IMG/VR virus record: IMGVR_UViG_3300018080_003823 | Span: 1,805 to 65,804 of that record | DNA: 64,000 nt | Direction: 5' to 3' (one strand) | From: a virus | Lineage: Duplodnaviria > Caudoviricetes | In this document: piece after piece, positions 19,501 to 30,100 of the stretch | Numbering within the stretch: the stretch's first letter is position 1 | Layout: every line of letters begins with the position of its first letter | Translations under genes and position numbers: made by a program | Notes under the pieces: model-generated | What the model was told of the DNA's origin: nothing | The model's input: only the letters and a program-made list of their open reading frames with translations | Database searches by the model: none

Positions 19501-21633
19501 GATGGATTCAAAACATATGATGAAATAACCAATGAACAGATTATGTGTTTTGATAGCACCTCTTCATGTATTAGGTTAGAACCTCCTTATAAATTACATG
19601 TCTACGATTATGATGATGAATTGATTCATTTCTTGGGAGAACAATTAGACATTATGGTTACTCCACATCATAAGATGTTGGTTAGATCCCCACATGGTGA
19701 TAAATGGACAACTATCCTTGCTAAAGATGTAAAACCTGGAATGAGGTTTTTGGCTCATTCTGAGTATCAATGTAACTCTTATGCTGAAGACAGAATTTCA
19801 ATTGATGAGACAATCAGTATTGCTCCTAAAGACTTTTTTGAATATGCAGGATATTATTTATCTGAGGGTCATATGTCATGCCAGAAGAGCAATTATCAGA
19901 TTTCAATATCACAGTTGAAAAAATCGTCGGTTTTACAAACTATGTCATCTTGTGTTAGTAATATGGGTATGAATTTTAGCGAGTATGATTATGATGACAG
20001 AACTACAAATTCTATTACTATCTGCAATAAGGAATTTGTACAATATATGAAAGAGAATTTTGGAACTCATGCAGAAAACAAAAAAATACCAGCTTGGATG
20101 AAAAATTATCCTGTTGATTATTTACATATACTGTTAAAAGCCCTGGTTGATGGTGATGGACATACAACCAAGCATAAAAATACAGAGAATCATGTTTATA
20201 CTACTATATCAGAAGAATTAGCAGACGATGTGCAAGAAATAGCATTTAAATGTGGTTATAATGTAAGAAAAGCAATTCATGTTGATAGGACCAAAAACAT
20301 AAATAGCAAAAGTCGATTATTATATAGGGTAAAATTCAGTAAAGGGACATGGAGCAAGGGAAACGAGCCACGACTGAAAGAGCATCATATAAATAAAGTT
20401 TCATATAAAGGCAAAGTTTGGTGTTTTACTACTTCAACTGGATTTTTTGTAACTCGCAGGAATGGGAAAATGACCATTCAAGGAAATAGCGGTTACCAGT
20501 CAGCTCAAGTAGGTGTTGAAACTCTTATTCGTCGCATTGAATCATGGCGACATACATTAGCTGAATTTGCCGAAGAAAGAATATTTAAACCTGTAGCAGA
20601 AATGCAAGGATTTGTTAATGAAAAAGAAAGTGAAGAAGTTGGTGAAACTGTCTTCATGTATCCTACTATTAAATGGAACGAATTAGAATTAAAAGATAAA
20701 ACTCAATTCCACCAGTTGCTCAATCAATTACATGACAAACAAGTCATTTCCACTCAAACTTTATTAGAAGAGTTTGGATTTGATTATGATCAAGAAGTTA
20801 TGCGCATGCGTCACGAGCAAGCTCAAGCTGGACCTGCTGGAGCAATGCTAGGTGGCGGTGGTGGAGCTGGAGGAATGCCTATGGGTGGAGGAGGAATGCC
20901 TGGAGTAGGCAGTCCTGCTCAAGGTGGCATGCCAGGAGAAGGTATGGACCCCATGGGTGGTATGGGAGGTATGGGTGGAGGCATGGACATGGGTGGTGGT
21001 GGCATGCCTGGAGCTGTTGCGGAAGGTGGAAAAATTACAAAGAAGGGTAAAAGTAAAGCTTCAGAGGAAGCAGAAGCTCCACCTATGATGCCTATAAAAC
21101 TCACCAAGATTGAACAGAAAATGGCAGGAATGCTAGAAGAAGTAGCTAGTACTATGGGTTTCTCTCCTGCTAATATTCGCATGCAATTCCCAATTGAAAA
21201 TCCCAAAGGTGGAAAACCCTTTACTATGGATTTTGCTCTTCCTCCATTGAAAATAGATATAGAAGCAGATGGTGAATTACACATGATTGCTGGACATGCA
21301 GAACATGATCAGGAGAGGGATTATTTATTAGCTCAGCGTGGATGGACAGTATTAAGATTTGATGACAAAGTCATAGAAGAGGCTCCTCATCACGTCAAAG
21401 CAACTATTAATTCATATATTACAAAAGCAATGCAAGCTCCATCTAAAACGGCATCTACAGACAATGACCATACAGTTGGTTACTTCTCTTATAGAGATGG
21501 ATCACTAAAGGATTTAGGTAAAAATGCCCAGAAGTATTATGAAGGATTTGAGACCAGAGAACAAATTCATACTTCTGAACCAGTAGGGTCTCGTTCTGCG
21601 GAAGAATATTTTGCTACAGCAAGGAAAGTTTAA
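16573..21633 (+). CDS. portal protein with three inteins and a C-terminal DUF559-like domain (~787 aa after splicing)
   Basis: Lies between the terminase and protease. Extein motifs GDVF, MNPDWIEV, YGTSIIRR, LPVRVVKIG and ISTQTLLEEFG. Confidence 0.85.
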   Translation: MSNIILPDDPEFNKPIIMGNPFEVDPTQDLNKQAITPGTKQAEMDRQRAENPHIFKYANTLPSSNPESWQNSMTKISQSTGVSNMMTQPMWFSPLHTPQNWQVASKRREVYQWSFVPDHCYLLNYGDFSLLDIQDVYTKHKNNQTMYIQNNKGEKASPDICTKRYVEKQVNTLKIMGVSHPLKVTHDHKCMIIKREHVKCTNVDSPGCLKAKCDLRRAIDYKISTVNAEDVRKGDYVLCPFSTEVKESVIKTKEQARFAGHVASDGYVSKKESGVSIFLHPDEEEFVMDSVKPIFDSYGSKANLQKDTRSKQLMSMRSGSKQLHVFASSLVKGSNIHKKYTDQVMLLDPKLQLHVLGAYIQSDGSYNKVNEQIEITTCSKHLASQLQIMFYRCGIMAFASRQPRGIKNGYKTSNSHYYMINVPKTYVYMLKDYVPGKIPENVYEPVEKSIYKDSKFRGKSNIYFKKDEHEIHRIQNRFFWKNYVVTPVVSNTCEDYKGDVYDIRTPPTFAITANGIAIHQCRFFYEGEPKVAAAIDFYCFAPETQILMANGSQKSISSIEPGDEVVSHSGKINKVAKTFVRDASEDILEIHYSGSSEILRVTYGHKILVEDNDSTKYVQAQELKVGDYLLTPINHLNLDHGSEHVKNLDGCDYIYQEIRDINHSEFVGKLYDLEIENDHSYIANGIACSNSRFPMNGFKLECTDPKILKFFAHHIVKKLHLNERFKEISSEYYMLGDVFVHTDIQCDICGGTGEDPDTGERCDHPGGKLSRIFIMNPDWIEVQRSPLTDEPLIVLIPDEELQQIVHKRQPKAIYDRIPEHLKALILSRAPIPLSNRTISHLKHMSVPYGTYGTSIIRRLFTTLAYKTKIMTANWIVAERLILPVRVVKIGSDARPAATQDIADVQQQLANVANDPNMTIVTHHNFEYDWYGTSGKVLQITQEMEHIDKELLDGLMLNQALLNGEMCHSEDTEVLTEDGFKTYDEITNEQIMCFDSTSSCIRLEPPYKLHVYDYDDELIHFLGEQLDIMVTPHHKMLVRSPHGDKWTTILAKDVKPGMRFLAHSEYQCNSYAEDRISIDETISIAPKDFFEYAGYYLSEGHMSCQKSNYQISISQLKKSSVLQTMSSCVSNMGMNFSEYDYDDRTTNSITICNKEFVQYMKENFGTHAENKKIPAWMKNYPVDYLHILLKALVDGDGHTTKHKNTENHVYTTISEELADDVQEIAFKCGYNVRKAIHVDRTKNINSKSRLLYRVKFSKGTWSKGNEPRLKEHHINKVSYKGKVWCFTTSTGFFVTRRNGKMTIQGNSGYQSAQVGVETLIRRIESWRHTLAEFAEERIFKPVAEMQGFVNEKESEEVGETVFMYPTIKWNELELKDKTQFHQLLNQLHDKQVISTQTLLEEFGFDYDQEVMRMRHEQAQAGPAGAMLGGGGGAGGMPMGGGGMPGVGSPAQGGMPGEGMDPMGGMGGMGGGMDMGGGGMPGAVAEGGKITKKGKSKASEEAEAPPMMPIKLTKIEQKMAGMLEEVASTMGFSPANIRMQFPIENPKGGKPFTMDFALPPLKIDIEADGELHMIAGHAEHDQERDYLLAQRGWTVLRFDDKVIEEAPHHVKATINSYITKAMQAPSKTASTDNDHTVGYFSYRDGSLKDLGKNAQKYYEGFETREQIHTSEPVGSRSAEEYFATARKV
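16912..18132 (+). mobile_element. portal intein 1 (407 aa) with LAGLIDADG endonuclease, Ser1 and C-terminal His-Gln
   Basis: YQW|SFVPDH..VTHDH..FAGHVASDG..LGAYIQSDG..VYDIRT..AIHQ|CRFFY. Confidence 0.8.
18187..18642 (+). mobile_element. portal intein 2 (152-aa mini-intein)
   Basis: DFY|CFAPETQILM..VTYGH..LYDLEI..IACSN|SRFP. Confidence 0.9.
19468..20487 (+). mobile_element. portal intein 3 (340 aa) with LAGLIDADG endonuclease
   Basis: GEM|CHSEDTEVLT..VTPHH..AGYYLSEG..ALVDGDG..VWCF..IQGN|SGY. Confidence 0.9.
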
Positions 21634-22058
21634 TGTTAGAAATCGAAGCTTCTAGAAAACGTATTAGAGATCGTGGTATTCATTGGGAAGAACATTATCA
21701 CGAAAAATCTAAAGCTATGAAAAAGAAATTCGAGAAAATGTTACCCAAATCATATTTTCGCTGGGAAGGCATGGATCATACAACGGGTCATCCTTATTAT
21801 GTTGTTGTAGGACCAGCTATTTCTCAAAGATATGGTAAAATGTTTTTTGCGGGCATTAAAAAAATGCCTAAAAATCCTAAAAAGAAAGCATACAGTCCAA
21901 CTGGTAAGTATTTTCCTTCTTTGCGTGGAGCATTAAGTCATGCAACAGAAATGTGGGGCATTCGTTTTCCTCAGGATGCTGGAGCTTATACAAAGAATGA
22001 TTTAGAACCCCTGAATATTCCACGACATATGAAAGGCATGGAGTCTCCAAATGGCTAA
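21633..22058 (+). CDS. hypothetical basic protein
   Basis: 141-aa ORF with TAATG overlap with the portal. Confidence 0.7.
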   Translation: MLEIEASRKRIRDRGIHWEEHYHEKSKAMKKKFEKMLPKSYFRWEGMDHTTGHPYYVVVGPAISQRYGKMFFAGIKKMPKNPKKKAYSPTGKYFPSLRGALSHATEMWGIRFPQDAGAYTKNDLEPLNIPRHMKGMESPNG

Positions 22059-25000
22059 ACGAATAGAAGGCAAAGTTAAAACTTTTTTGTTTAAAGAAGC
22101 TCACAATCGAAGAGAGCACCAAAAACAACAGTTTATAAACAAGTTTCTGTTTCATGAAGCAGAAGATCGATTTGCCAGTGTATTAAAAGAAGCTATGCCT
22201 CGTGGTGCTGGTCAGTCTACACTAAAGAATTCTGGATGGAATACCGTTTGGGACTGGTCTTTCCCAAGCGAACGAGTAGAACAAATTCGACAGGAAATCG
22301 AAGAAGAGTTTAGTCCATATTTTTATGACATTTTGCATGGTAAGCACAAACCTATTAAAGCAGGAATCACTATTAGTGATGATAAGAAACAGTCTTCTGA
22401 CGATGTCCAAGATGGTTCTATCTATTTTAGATTTTCTTATCGTCGAGCTGTAGCTCCCTTGCCAAGTGATGACCCAACTCAGCAAGCAGCTCATGATGTC
22501 TCACAAAATGCATTAAATACTCTTAACGAAATTCTTCCCGGATTTCGAGAATTTGCTGATGCAATAGAAGCGAATAACGTGCCTTTGCAGCCTTATCACT
22601 ATGGGGGTGATTTTAGCACTGCTTCCGGGGGTTTAACTGAAGGTAGAAAAGAATTTCTTTTTGATTTCATTAAACAAGAACGCCAAAGGCATTCTCAAGG
22701 TTTAGAAGGGGCACAAACTTCCACTTTTTACAGACAACATGAAGCAATGTTAGATGAAACAGGGGATATTCCTATATCTACTAGACAAGCTAGAAAGAAG
22801 ATATTCTCCAACTCAGACATTCCAAATGTTGCTACTTTTAATGATTTATTTAGAGCAATTCAGTTTAAAGTACAAGATGGTTATACGCTCAATATGCCTG
22901 AATTAACCCGAACTGTAAAAGGGCTAATTGATGAAAGTTTACAAAAACATCAGCTAGATGTACAATCTCAAGATCCTAAAGAACGAGGATATATTGATAC
23001 GTATAAATATTTTTATTTTACTTTGTTTAAAGATATTACAACTTGGTTTGAAGCCTTTGCCACAAAGGGAACTAGTCCGACTAATGTAGATGTAACACTT
23101 CAAGAATTACGTTTAGCTTTAGCTCATTTAACAACTCCTACAGCCAATGGACGACATTCATTAGAACCTGATCAGTTTTCTTTGTCTACTCGAACCCCAT
23201 ATTATAGTAACGGATGGGATTCTTCACCTAACAATGCTCGTCAAAAAATGCTAACTTTGCCTCCTTTGAGACAATTACCAGATGGGGAGGTTCGATATGA
23301 TCGCGGCAATGGAAACATGGGATATGATCATTTAACGTCCAACTGGAAAGATGGAGTAGAATTATTTTTAAGTAATTGGGGACCAAAATGCCACGAATGG
23401 TATGAGATCTTAAGCACAGGAAATGCTAATGAAGCATTATCTACTCAGTCACCAGAAACTTTTGATGCGTTTCAAAATGTTTTTAATAATAGAACCAGTG
23501 CAGAAAATGTTTTGGATATTATAGCAAAATCACAAGGCAACTGGGATGATTTCAAACAGAATCATTTGGATAAATCTTTTTACAGTGAAATAAGAACTGT
23601 TTATAATGGAATGAAGGTATTGGAGGCAGAAAAGCATTTAGACCCTTCTCCGGTTCGTCATAAATTCCCTATACAGGCAAATCCTGATTCTGATGTATTA
23701 CAGCAAGTAAATGAATATGCACAACAAATGTTATCTTTGTCTAAATCTAGTATCGAATATGCAACTGAAATGTTTGATGCTTTAAATAAAAATCTTATTG
23801 CTCTGTATTCTAATCAAGAGTTGGATTGGGACACTTTAACGCTTGCTCTTAAACAACTTAATGATGCTAGGAAATTAACAAATATTAAAATTAATCCTCA
23901 AGATACTACCAAAGCTAATAATTGGGTTGGTCAAACTCAAGAAGATGCAACCTATAAAATGGATGCCAAAGGATTTGAAGCTTTTAGGAATTTTGGGTAT
24001 TCTACAGCAAAAATGATGGATTTCTTATCGGCCGTAATGACTCGTTGCTGCGTTGAACAAGTCAATACTCGCGAAGATGGCAATCCTGAAACTTTTTATG
24101 GACATCAATATTCAGGTAGCTCAGGTAAGGGTCGTGGAGGAGAAATTATATTATCTGTTCGTTATGCGTTTAGTGCTCCTGAACTTAGTCAAGATCCGAA
24201 AATTATCCAACAAGTAAGAGATGAGCAACGCAAACGACATGTTAGAGCACGATCTAGACTGCAACGACAAACAAAGTTCCCAGAACATGCAGAACCAACT
24301 GGGAGATTTGCTGATCCTAATGATCCAGAAAGCGAAGTGGGTATTTTTGAGCCTCTTCCTAATGAACAAACTCCTATTGTTACTATTGTAGAAAATGTGG
24401 AATATTTTTTAGGACAAGCAGCTGGAAAACGTCGATTTGCTAAAACTATTAGACATGGTTTGCCCTGGCGTCATATGATTGATCAATTTATGCTGATGTA
24501 CCCAGATGTTGGCGACCAATTAGGCGTTATATTTGAACCTATGAATGCTGATCTTCAACGTCTAGAATTGTCTTGTAAAAGAGCTATTGATAAAGTACGA
24601 CAAGGAATAGAAGTTCACTATACTAATGATGATGGAGAAACTACAGTATTATCTAGTGATCAATTACAGTCAGAATCGTTAGAATTAGGTGATATTCCTG
24701 AAGTGGAGACAGAAGCACCCAAGTCTCCGGAAATTCCGGTTACTTCACCAGGAGTAGCACAGCCAACAGCTCCAGCAGTTCAAGAAATTCCTGTTCCTGA
24801 AATGGAAGTAGTTGATCAACAGCCTGTACAAACTCAAGAAGAAAATGTACCTCCTAATGTTGTTAAATCAATGCCTTCAGTAAATTTTGTTGGAAAGAAT
24901 AGAAATAACAATCGTCAATTATTAAGATCTCATTCGCATGTATTAGGAAGCGTATCAGAGAGATTTATCAGATCCGCAAATAAATTAGATGAAATCGGCG

Positions 25001-25062
25001 AAACAAAAATTGCTGATAAAATAGATGTACTATTGTCTAAAATCCAGGAAGAAAAAATATGA
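22051..25062 (+). CDS. large hypothetical, probable head-associated/ejection protein
   Basis: 1003 aa with N-terminal KEA sites and a C-terminal ANKLDEIGETKIADKID motif. Confidence 0.7.
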   Translation: MAKRIEGKVKTFLFKEAHNRREHQKQQFINKFLFHEAEDRFASVLKEAMPRGAGQSTLKNSGWNTVWDWSFPSERVEQIRQEIEEEFSPYFYDILHGKHKPIKAGITISDDKKQSSDDVQDGSIYFRFSYRRAVAPLPSDDPTQQAAHDVSQNALNTLNEILPGFREFADAIEANNVPLQPYHYGGDFSTASGGLTEGRKEFLFDFIKQERQRHSQGLEGAQTSTFYRQHEAMLDETGDIPISTRQARKKIFSNSDIPNVATFNDLFRAIQFKVQDGYTLNMPELTRTVKGLIDESLQKHQLDVQSQDPKERGYIDTYKYFYFTLFKDITTWFEAFATKGTSPTNVDVTLQELRLALAHLTTPTANGRHSLEPDQFSLSTRTPYYSNGWDSSPNNARQKMLTLPPLRQLPDGEVRYDRGNGNMGYDHLTSNWKDGVELFLSNWGPKCHEWYEILSTGNANEALSTQSPETFDAFQNVFNNRTSAENVLDIIAKSQGNWDDFKQNHLDKSFYSEIRTVYNGMKVLEAEKHLDPSPVRHKFPIQANPDSDVLQQVNEYAQQMLSLSKSSIEYATEMFDALNKNLIALYSNQELDWDTLTLALKQLNDARKLTNIKINPQDTTKANNWVGQTQEDATYKMDAKGFEAFRNFGYSTAKMMDFLSAVMTRCCVEQVNTREDGNPETFYGHQYSGSSGKGRGGEIILSVRYAFSAPELSQDPKIIQQVRDEQRKRHVRARSRLQRQTKFPEHAEPTGRFADPNDPESEVGIFEPLPNEQTPIVTIVENVEYFLGQAAGKRRFAKTIRHGLPWRHMIDQFMLMYPDVGDQLGVIFEPMNADLQRLELSCKRAIDKVRQGIEVHYTNDDGETTVLSSDQLQSESLELGDIPEVETEAPKSPEIPVTSPGVAQPTAPAVQEIPVPEMEVVDQQPVQTQEENVPPNVVKSMPSVNFVGKNRNNNRQLLRSHSHVLGSVSERFIRSANKLDEIGETKIADKIDVLLSKIQEEKI

Positions 25063-26984
25063 TAGAAAAACGAGCAGACTATCAAGTGGTTGATGCTCAA
25101 CCATTAAATACACCCAATTTTAGTGAAAGCTTTATAAAAGATCAAGCGCTAAAAGTAGATGCAACTGTATTAGCTGATACTCTTACTAAGATTGCAAATT
25201 CATCAAAAGAGTCTAGTGATAAAAGTGGTGATGCAGCAGAATCACCAATATTTGATCTAGAAGCAGAAATTTCTAGTCATCCAGATTCATTGTTTATAAA
25301 ATGCTTTGCCATTAAAGCCAATGAAACTAATGAAAATGGTGATTATTTCTCTGTGGAAGAACTTATGAAAGCTACTCCTACTTTTGTGGGAGTGCCACTA
25401 TTTACTAATCATGCTAATTCAGATATAAATGAAGCTCGTGGTAAAGTTGTCCATTCGTGGTGGGATGATGAACAAAATGGAATTATGATTATTGGAAGGG
25501 TTGATGCAGCTGCTTATCCTCAATTAGCCCGTGGTATAAAAGAAGAATATGTAGTTGGAACAAGTATGGGATGTTTTACTTCGAAGTGTCGCGTTTTAAT
25601 GGCTAATGGGACCTATTTACCCATTTCTGAAGTCCAGGATGGCGACTTGGTATATACACACAAAGGAAGAACTCAAGAAGTTCTTAATGCTCAGATTCGA
25701 TATAAGAAAGAATTTATTAAGCAAATATCATTTGAAGGCTATTCTTCTGTTTTAGAAGTTACAAAAGAACATCCAATTCTAACTTTGAAAAATCCTGAAG
25801 ATTCAGAAAATTTTTCTTCAGAAAATTTAACTTGGACTAAAGCTCAAGATTTAGGCGCTGGTGATTCTGTTTTGGATAGCGGTAATGTATATACAAAATC
25901 TGATGACTCAAAAAATAATGTATATACAAGTTCTGGATCGTATTTACTTCGAAAAATTAAGAAAATAGATAACCTGTTTTATGAGGGTCCAGTATATAAT
26001 CTACAAGTAGCAAAAGATAATTCATATGTAGTGGAAGATGTTGCTGTTAAAAACTGTCAAGTACAATACTCACTATGCTCAATATGCCATAATTACGCTG
26101 AAACTCCCGATCAGTACTGCTCTCATATAAGAGAACAAAAAACACGAGAAGTACATGCAAGAAAAGTTGAATGCGCATATCACAAACACGGCAATGAAGA
26201 ACAATGTCCAATCTGTGGAAGCAGAAAAGGAGAAAAGAAAGTTTTTGCAGTCAGTAGCAAAGCATTTGAGTACAATTATGGGATAAAATTTATCGAGAAT
26301 TCCTTCGTAGTCAACCCTGCATGCCCAGATTGTGGAGTTACAGAAGTTATTGATCCTCATAAACTTCTAGCAAAAATTGCTGACATTCAAGCAGCATTAC
26401 CAAACCTTTTGAAAGTGGCTGCCGAACAAGATATGTTCTGCTCAGATAAACAATGCGTTAAATTAGCAGGACAAGCAGAATTAGATAGCCTAAACCAAGC
26501 CTTAGATCTTGTAAGTTCTGTGTCCCAGTCTATGTTATCTCAAAAAGAGCAATTAGATCTGGAATTTTTAAGTGATTTAGTAAAAGTGTTAGCAGATCTG
26601 CAAACCGTTGTTGATGAATTAACAGAACAAGGATATGGAAGGTTGCAATCTCCTAGTGGTGTTGGTGCTGATACTGATGAAATTCAAAAACCAACTGGAC
26701 CACCTATGGGTGATAATGTTACTCGATCAGTACAACCATTGAATCCTACTCCAGGAGGCGGATCTAAGATTCAAACAGGACCTGCAGGACAAGTAGGAAC
26801 TGTTACAGGTCCTATGGCTCATAAAAAATTATTGCAATTGCAAAAATTAGCTACCAATCTAATTAAACGAACCGAACATAAATTTGAAATACCAGACCTG
26901 CAAATAAGTCAAAAAAATATCAAATTAGCGTCTCAACGGCGTAAAAAGAGATTAAATTTGCGAATGAAATTGGACACAAAATAA
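25059..26984 (+). CDS. prohead maturation protease (HK97/assemblin-like, intein-containing, Zn-finger insertions)
   Basis: NENGDYF, PLFTNH, ARGKV, TSMG|C (catalytic Ser region), FIENSFVVNPA; CSIC, CPIC and CPDC. Confidence 0.85.
   Translation: MIEKRADYQVVDAQPLNTPNFSESFIKDQALKVDATVLADTLTKIANSSKESSDKSGDAAESPIFDLEAEISSHPDSLFIKCFAIKANETNENGDYFSVEELMKATPTFVGVPLFTNHANSDINEARGKVVHSWWDDEQNGIMIIGRVDAAAYPQLARGIKEEYVVGTSMGCFTSKCRVLMANGTYLPISEVQDGDLVYTHKGRTQEVLNAQIRYKKEFIKQISFEGYSSVLEVTKEHPILTLKNPEDSENFSSENLTWTKAQDLGAGDSVLDSGNVYTKSDDSKNNVYTSSGSYLLRKIKKIDNLFYEGPVYNLQVAKDNSYVVEDVAVKNCQVQYSLCSICHNYAETPDQYCSHIREQKTREVHARKVECAYHKHGNEEQCPICGSRKGEKKVFAVSSKAFEYNYGIKFIENSFVVNPACPDCGVTEVIDPHKLLAKIADIQAALPNLLKVAAEQDMFCSDKQCVKLAGQAELDSLNQALDLVSSVSQSMLSQKEQLDLEFLSDLVKVLADLQTVVDELTEQGYGRLQSPSGVGADTDEIQKPTGPPMGDNVTRSVQPLNPTPGGGSKIQTGPAGQVGTVTGPMAHKKLLQLQKLATNLIKRTEHKFEIPDLQISQKNIKLASQRRKKRLNLRMKLDTK
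25572..26054 (+). mobile_element. mini-intein (161 aa) next to the protease catalytic Ser
   Basis: TSMG|CFTSKCRVLM..VTKEHP..VYNLQV..AVKN|CQV. Confidence 0.9.
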
Positions 26985-27125
26985 ACCAATAATCATTTGA
27001 CACCAAATTTATGCAGGATATAACCATTTAAAAAACTAACACATGGGATACGTCTACATCTACACACATTCGTGTGGACAAAGAATATATAATTTGGTTG
27101 AGTAACAAAAATAGGAGTCCTACAT

Positions 27126-30100
27126 ATGCTCGATAATGACCAGAGACAAGCGTTAATGGAAAAGCTTCGAAATAAGGTTAAAAAAGCCAGTTCGAATATT
27201 TCCACCAAGGTTGAAGCCCAAAAAGGTGATTTCAAAGTTGTCGTAGCATCAGATTCTATTGATTACTTTTATAAGACTAATAAAGTTGGCACAATGAAAG
27301 TCGCTGGCTTTGATGACGAAACAATTGAACTAATCAATGCTGATGCCAACGAAGCAGCTCACGAAATGCTCGAAACATTTGCAAGCACTTTCGACACTCA
27401 AGAATTCACGAAAGAAGCTGCCCAAACTAAAGAAGCAGCTCATGAAACGTTAGATGAACATACTTGGCAGATGACTACTCAAAAGCAATTGGATGAACAG
27501 AAAACTGCCCTGCACCCCAGAAAAGACGAACATATTAACAATATCACTCAAAAACAACTTCCTGAAAATGGAAAACGTCCCGGAACTTACGAAGAAGTAA
27601 CCGAAGCCCAGATGGCTCAAGAAAAAACAACTTTCTATAACGAACCTTTAGATGCATCTCATAGAGTATTAGAAGACCGCAATATTGTCACAGAAGGTCA
27701 ATTGGACGAAGGCGTTGCAACGTACTCCGATGAAGGACAGACAGAACGAGGAGAAATGAGTGCAAAATTTGATGGAGATTTAGCGAAACAGTCACATATG
27801 ATTGGTGAAAAACAATTAGCCGAATTACTGAAACATCACGAATGGACAGAGCCCCTTACAATTACTGAAGGTAAGGATCAGCTGCCCAAACAAGATGGTG
27901 AACTCGGACGAATTACAGCAGAAACTGCAAAGAAAATCGTCACTTCTGCTCTTAATGCATTAGGAAATACAATTATTGCTGCTGGAGTAACTCCTGCAAA
28001 TCTTTCCAACATCGTTAATAAACTTATCTCACATGCTAGTAAATATCCAGTATTAGCAGATACTCTTAATAGATATGCACAGTCAGATGTTACAACTATT
28101 AATGAAAAGGTTGCTAATGCTCAATATTTTGGGTTAGTAACTAATGCTAATCAGAATTTAAGTGATACACTAATTGCTGATATATTAGTTCGGCAGTTAG
28201 CCAAAATTGCAGAAGACCCCAGACACATTGTTAAGGGTCTTATTTCTTTGGCTCAGTCGGAAGATTTTGAAACCAAAATAGATGAAGCCGCAAAACTTAA
28301 TATTACCGAACAAACTAATGATAATGTTAGCTCAGATGAAGATCTCGAAGTTTTTGCTAGCGTTATTAAGGGCGATGACCAGAAGCCAAAAATCGAAGGA
28401 AGCGCCAAAGAAGACGGACTTTATCAATATGCCGGAAAAATAGATGAAGTTAAAGCCGATGTCTCAGATAGAGACGTGTTTGTAAAAGCAGCTTCAGACT
28501 ATGCCAAAGAAGTCATTGCTACTAATGTAGATACAGAATTAAATCTTAATCCACTATCAATCGATGTAAATGAAGAATTAGGTACTTTTAAAATACAAAT
28601 GAAAGATGCTTCGTTTGAATCAGATTCGTTAGAAGCAAGAGCTGAAAAACGCAGAGAACTCGTTAAAGAAGCTCAGTTTGGTGGCGGTGGCGGAATGCCT
28701 CCAGCCGGTGGAGATCAAATGGGTAACCCAATGGCACCTCCTGGAGGAGGAGATATGGGAGCACCACCTCCTGGAGAAGCATTCTCACAAGAACCTCCTC
28801 CTATGGAAGAAATGCCCGACGAAGGAATGGGTGGCGAACCTAAACCTCCTGGAAGTATCTGTAGCGTATGTGGATCAGAAGACGTAGATGTGGATAATGG
28901 AGAATTTAGATGTAATAGTTGTGGAGCCGAAGGTGATATTCATGTTAGATTAGATATCAAGAAATGGCCTGATACTATCCACGAAACCGAACAAGAAGAA
29001 GAGCCAGGATTCGGACTCGGAGCAGAAGACGAACAAGGTATCGGAGGAATGGAAGAGCCAGCTATGGGTGGAGAAGGCGAAGGTACTACAATGCCAAATA
29101 TTCCTATCGCTGCATCCGTAAGAGTAACTCCTCGTTTGTTAGAAAAAGTAGCAGAACAAAAAATCGAAATGGGTTCTGTTTGTCCTAACTGCGGTGGACA
29201 TAATACCGACGTATTCAAGAGCGCAAATACAAAGGGTAAACATGGTATTTGCTGGGATTGCTTGCAAGAATACAACTATCAAGTGAAAGCTAATACCAAA
29301 AAGGCTCATCAAGTTTATGCCCAGTTTACATGGATTCCAAAAACTGCAGAAAAATGTACTACATGCAATAGATTGCGTACCTCTTTTGTTAAGTCTTTGG
29401 AAGATTATGGCATGAAATTCGATGAATTTAATAGTCTTAATAGCATTAAAGAAAAAGCTAATATTATTTTAGCTATGAATAAGGCAGGTACGCTGAATAT
29501 CAAAGAAGCCATGACTGCCCCACTATCTATTAATAAATATGCGGCTACATTTAAGCAGAAATTTGAGAAATTCCCAAGTGCTTCATGCATGGAAAGAATT
29601 GCTCGTAGGTTTGGAGAAAATGCAACCGCCATGGCAGGACCTTGCCAAGGTAAACCTCTCGCAGATTGCGTTTGTGGACAATTAGAGAATTTAGGAATTT
29701 ACACAGACGGACTGGCTGCCAAGGTAGCTCACGTTATGGGTAGCGAAGATCCAATGGTTAATAGCCCAAGTGAAACCTGCGTAAAAATGTTTATTAATGA
29801 TAATTATAACGTCAAAGAAGCATGTACTATCTGTGATGGACTCAGAGCAGCAGCTGCTACCGACGAAGAATTAATGATTGAAGCAATTGCCCAAATGAGC
29901 CCATTCGCTAAACCTGCTCCTAAACCTATGGCAGCCCCCGTAGATCAGATGAAAGCTGCACCTCCAGCTAAGCCAATGGCAGCTCCTGTAGCAGCGCCAG
30001 CTCCTATGGAAGCTCCTGTAGCAGCTCCAGCAGCAGCGCCAGCAGCAGCGCCAGCTCCTATGGAAGCTCCTGTAGCAGCTCCAGCAGCAGCGCCAGCAGC

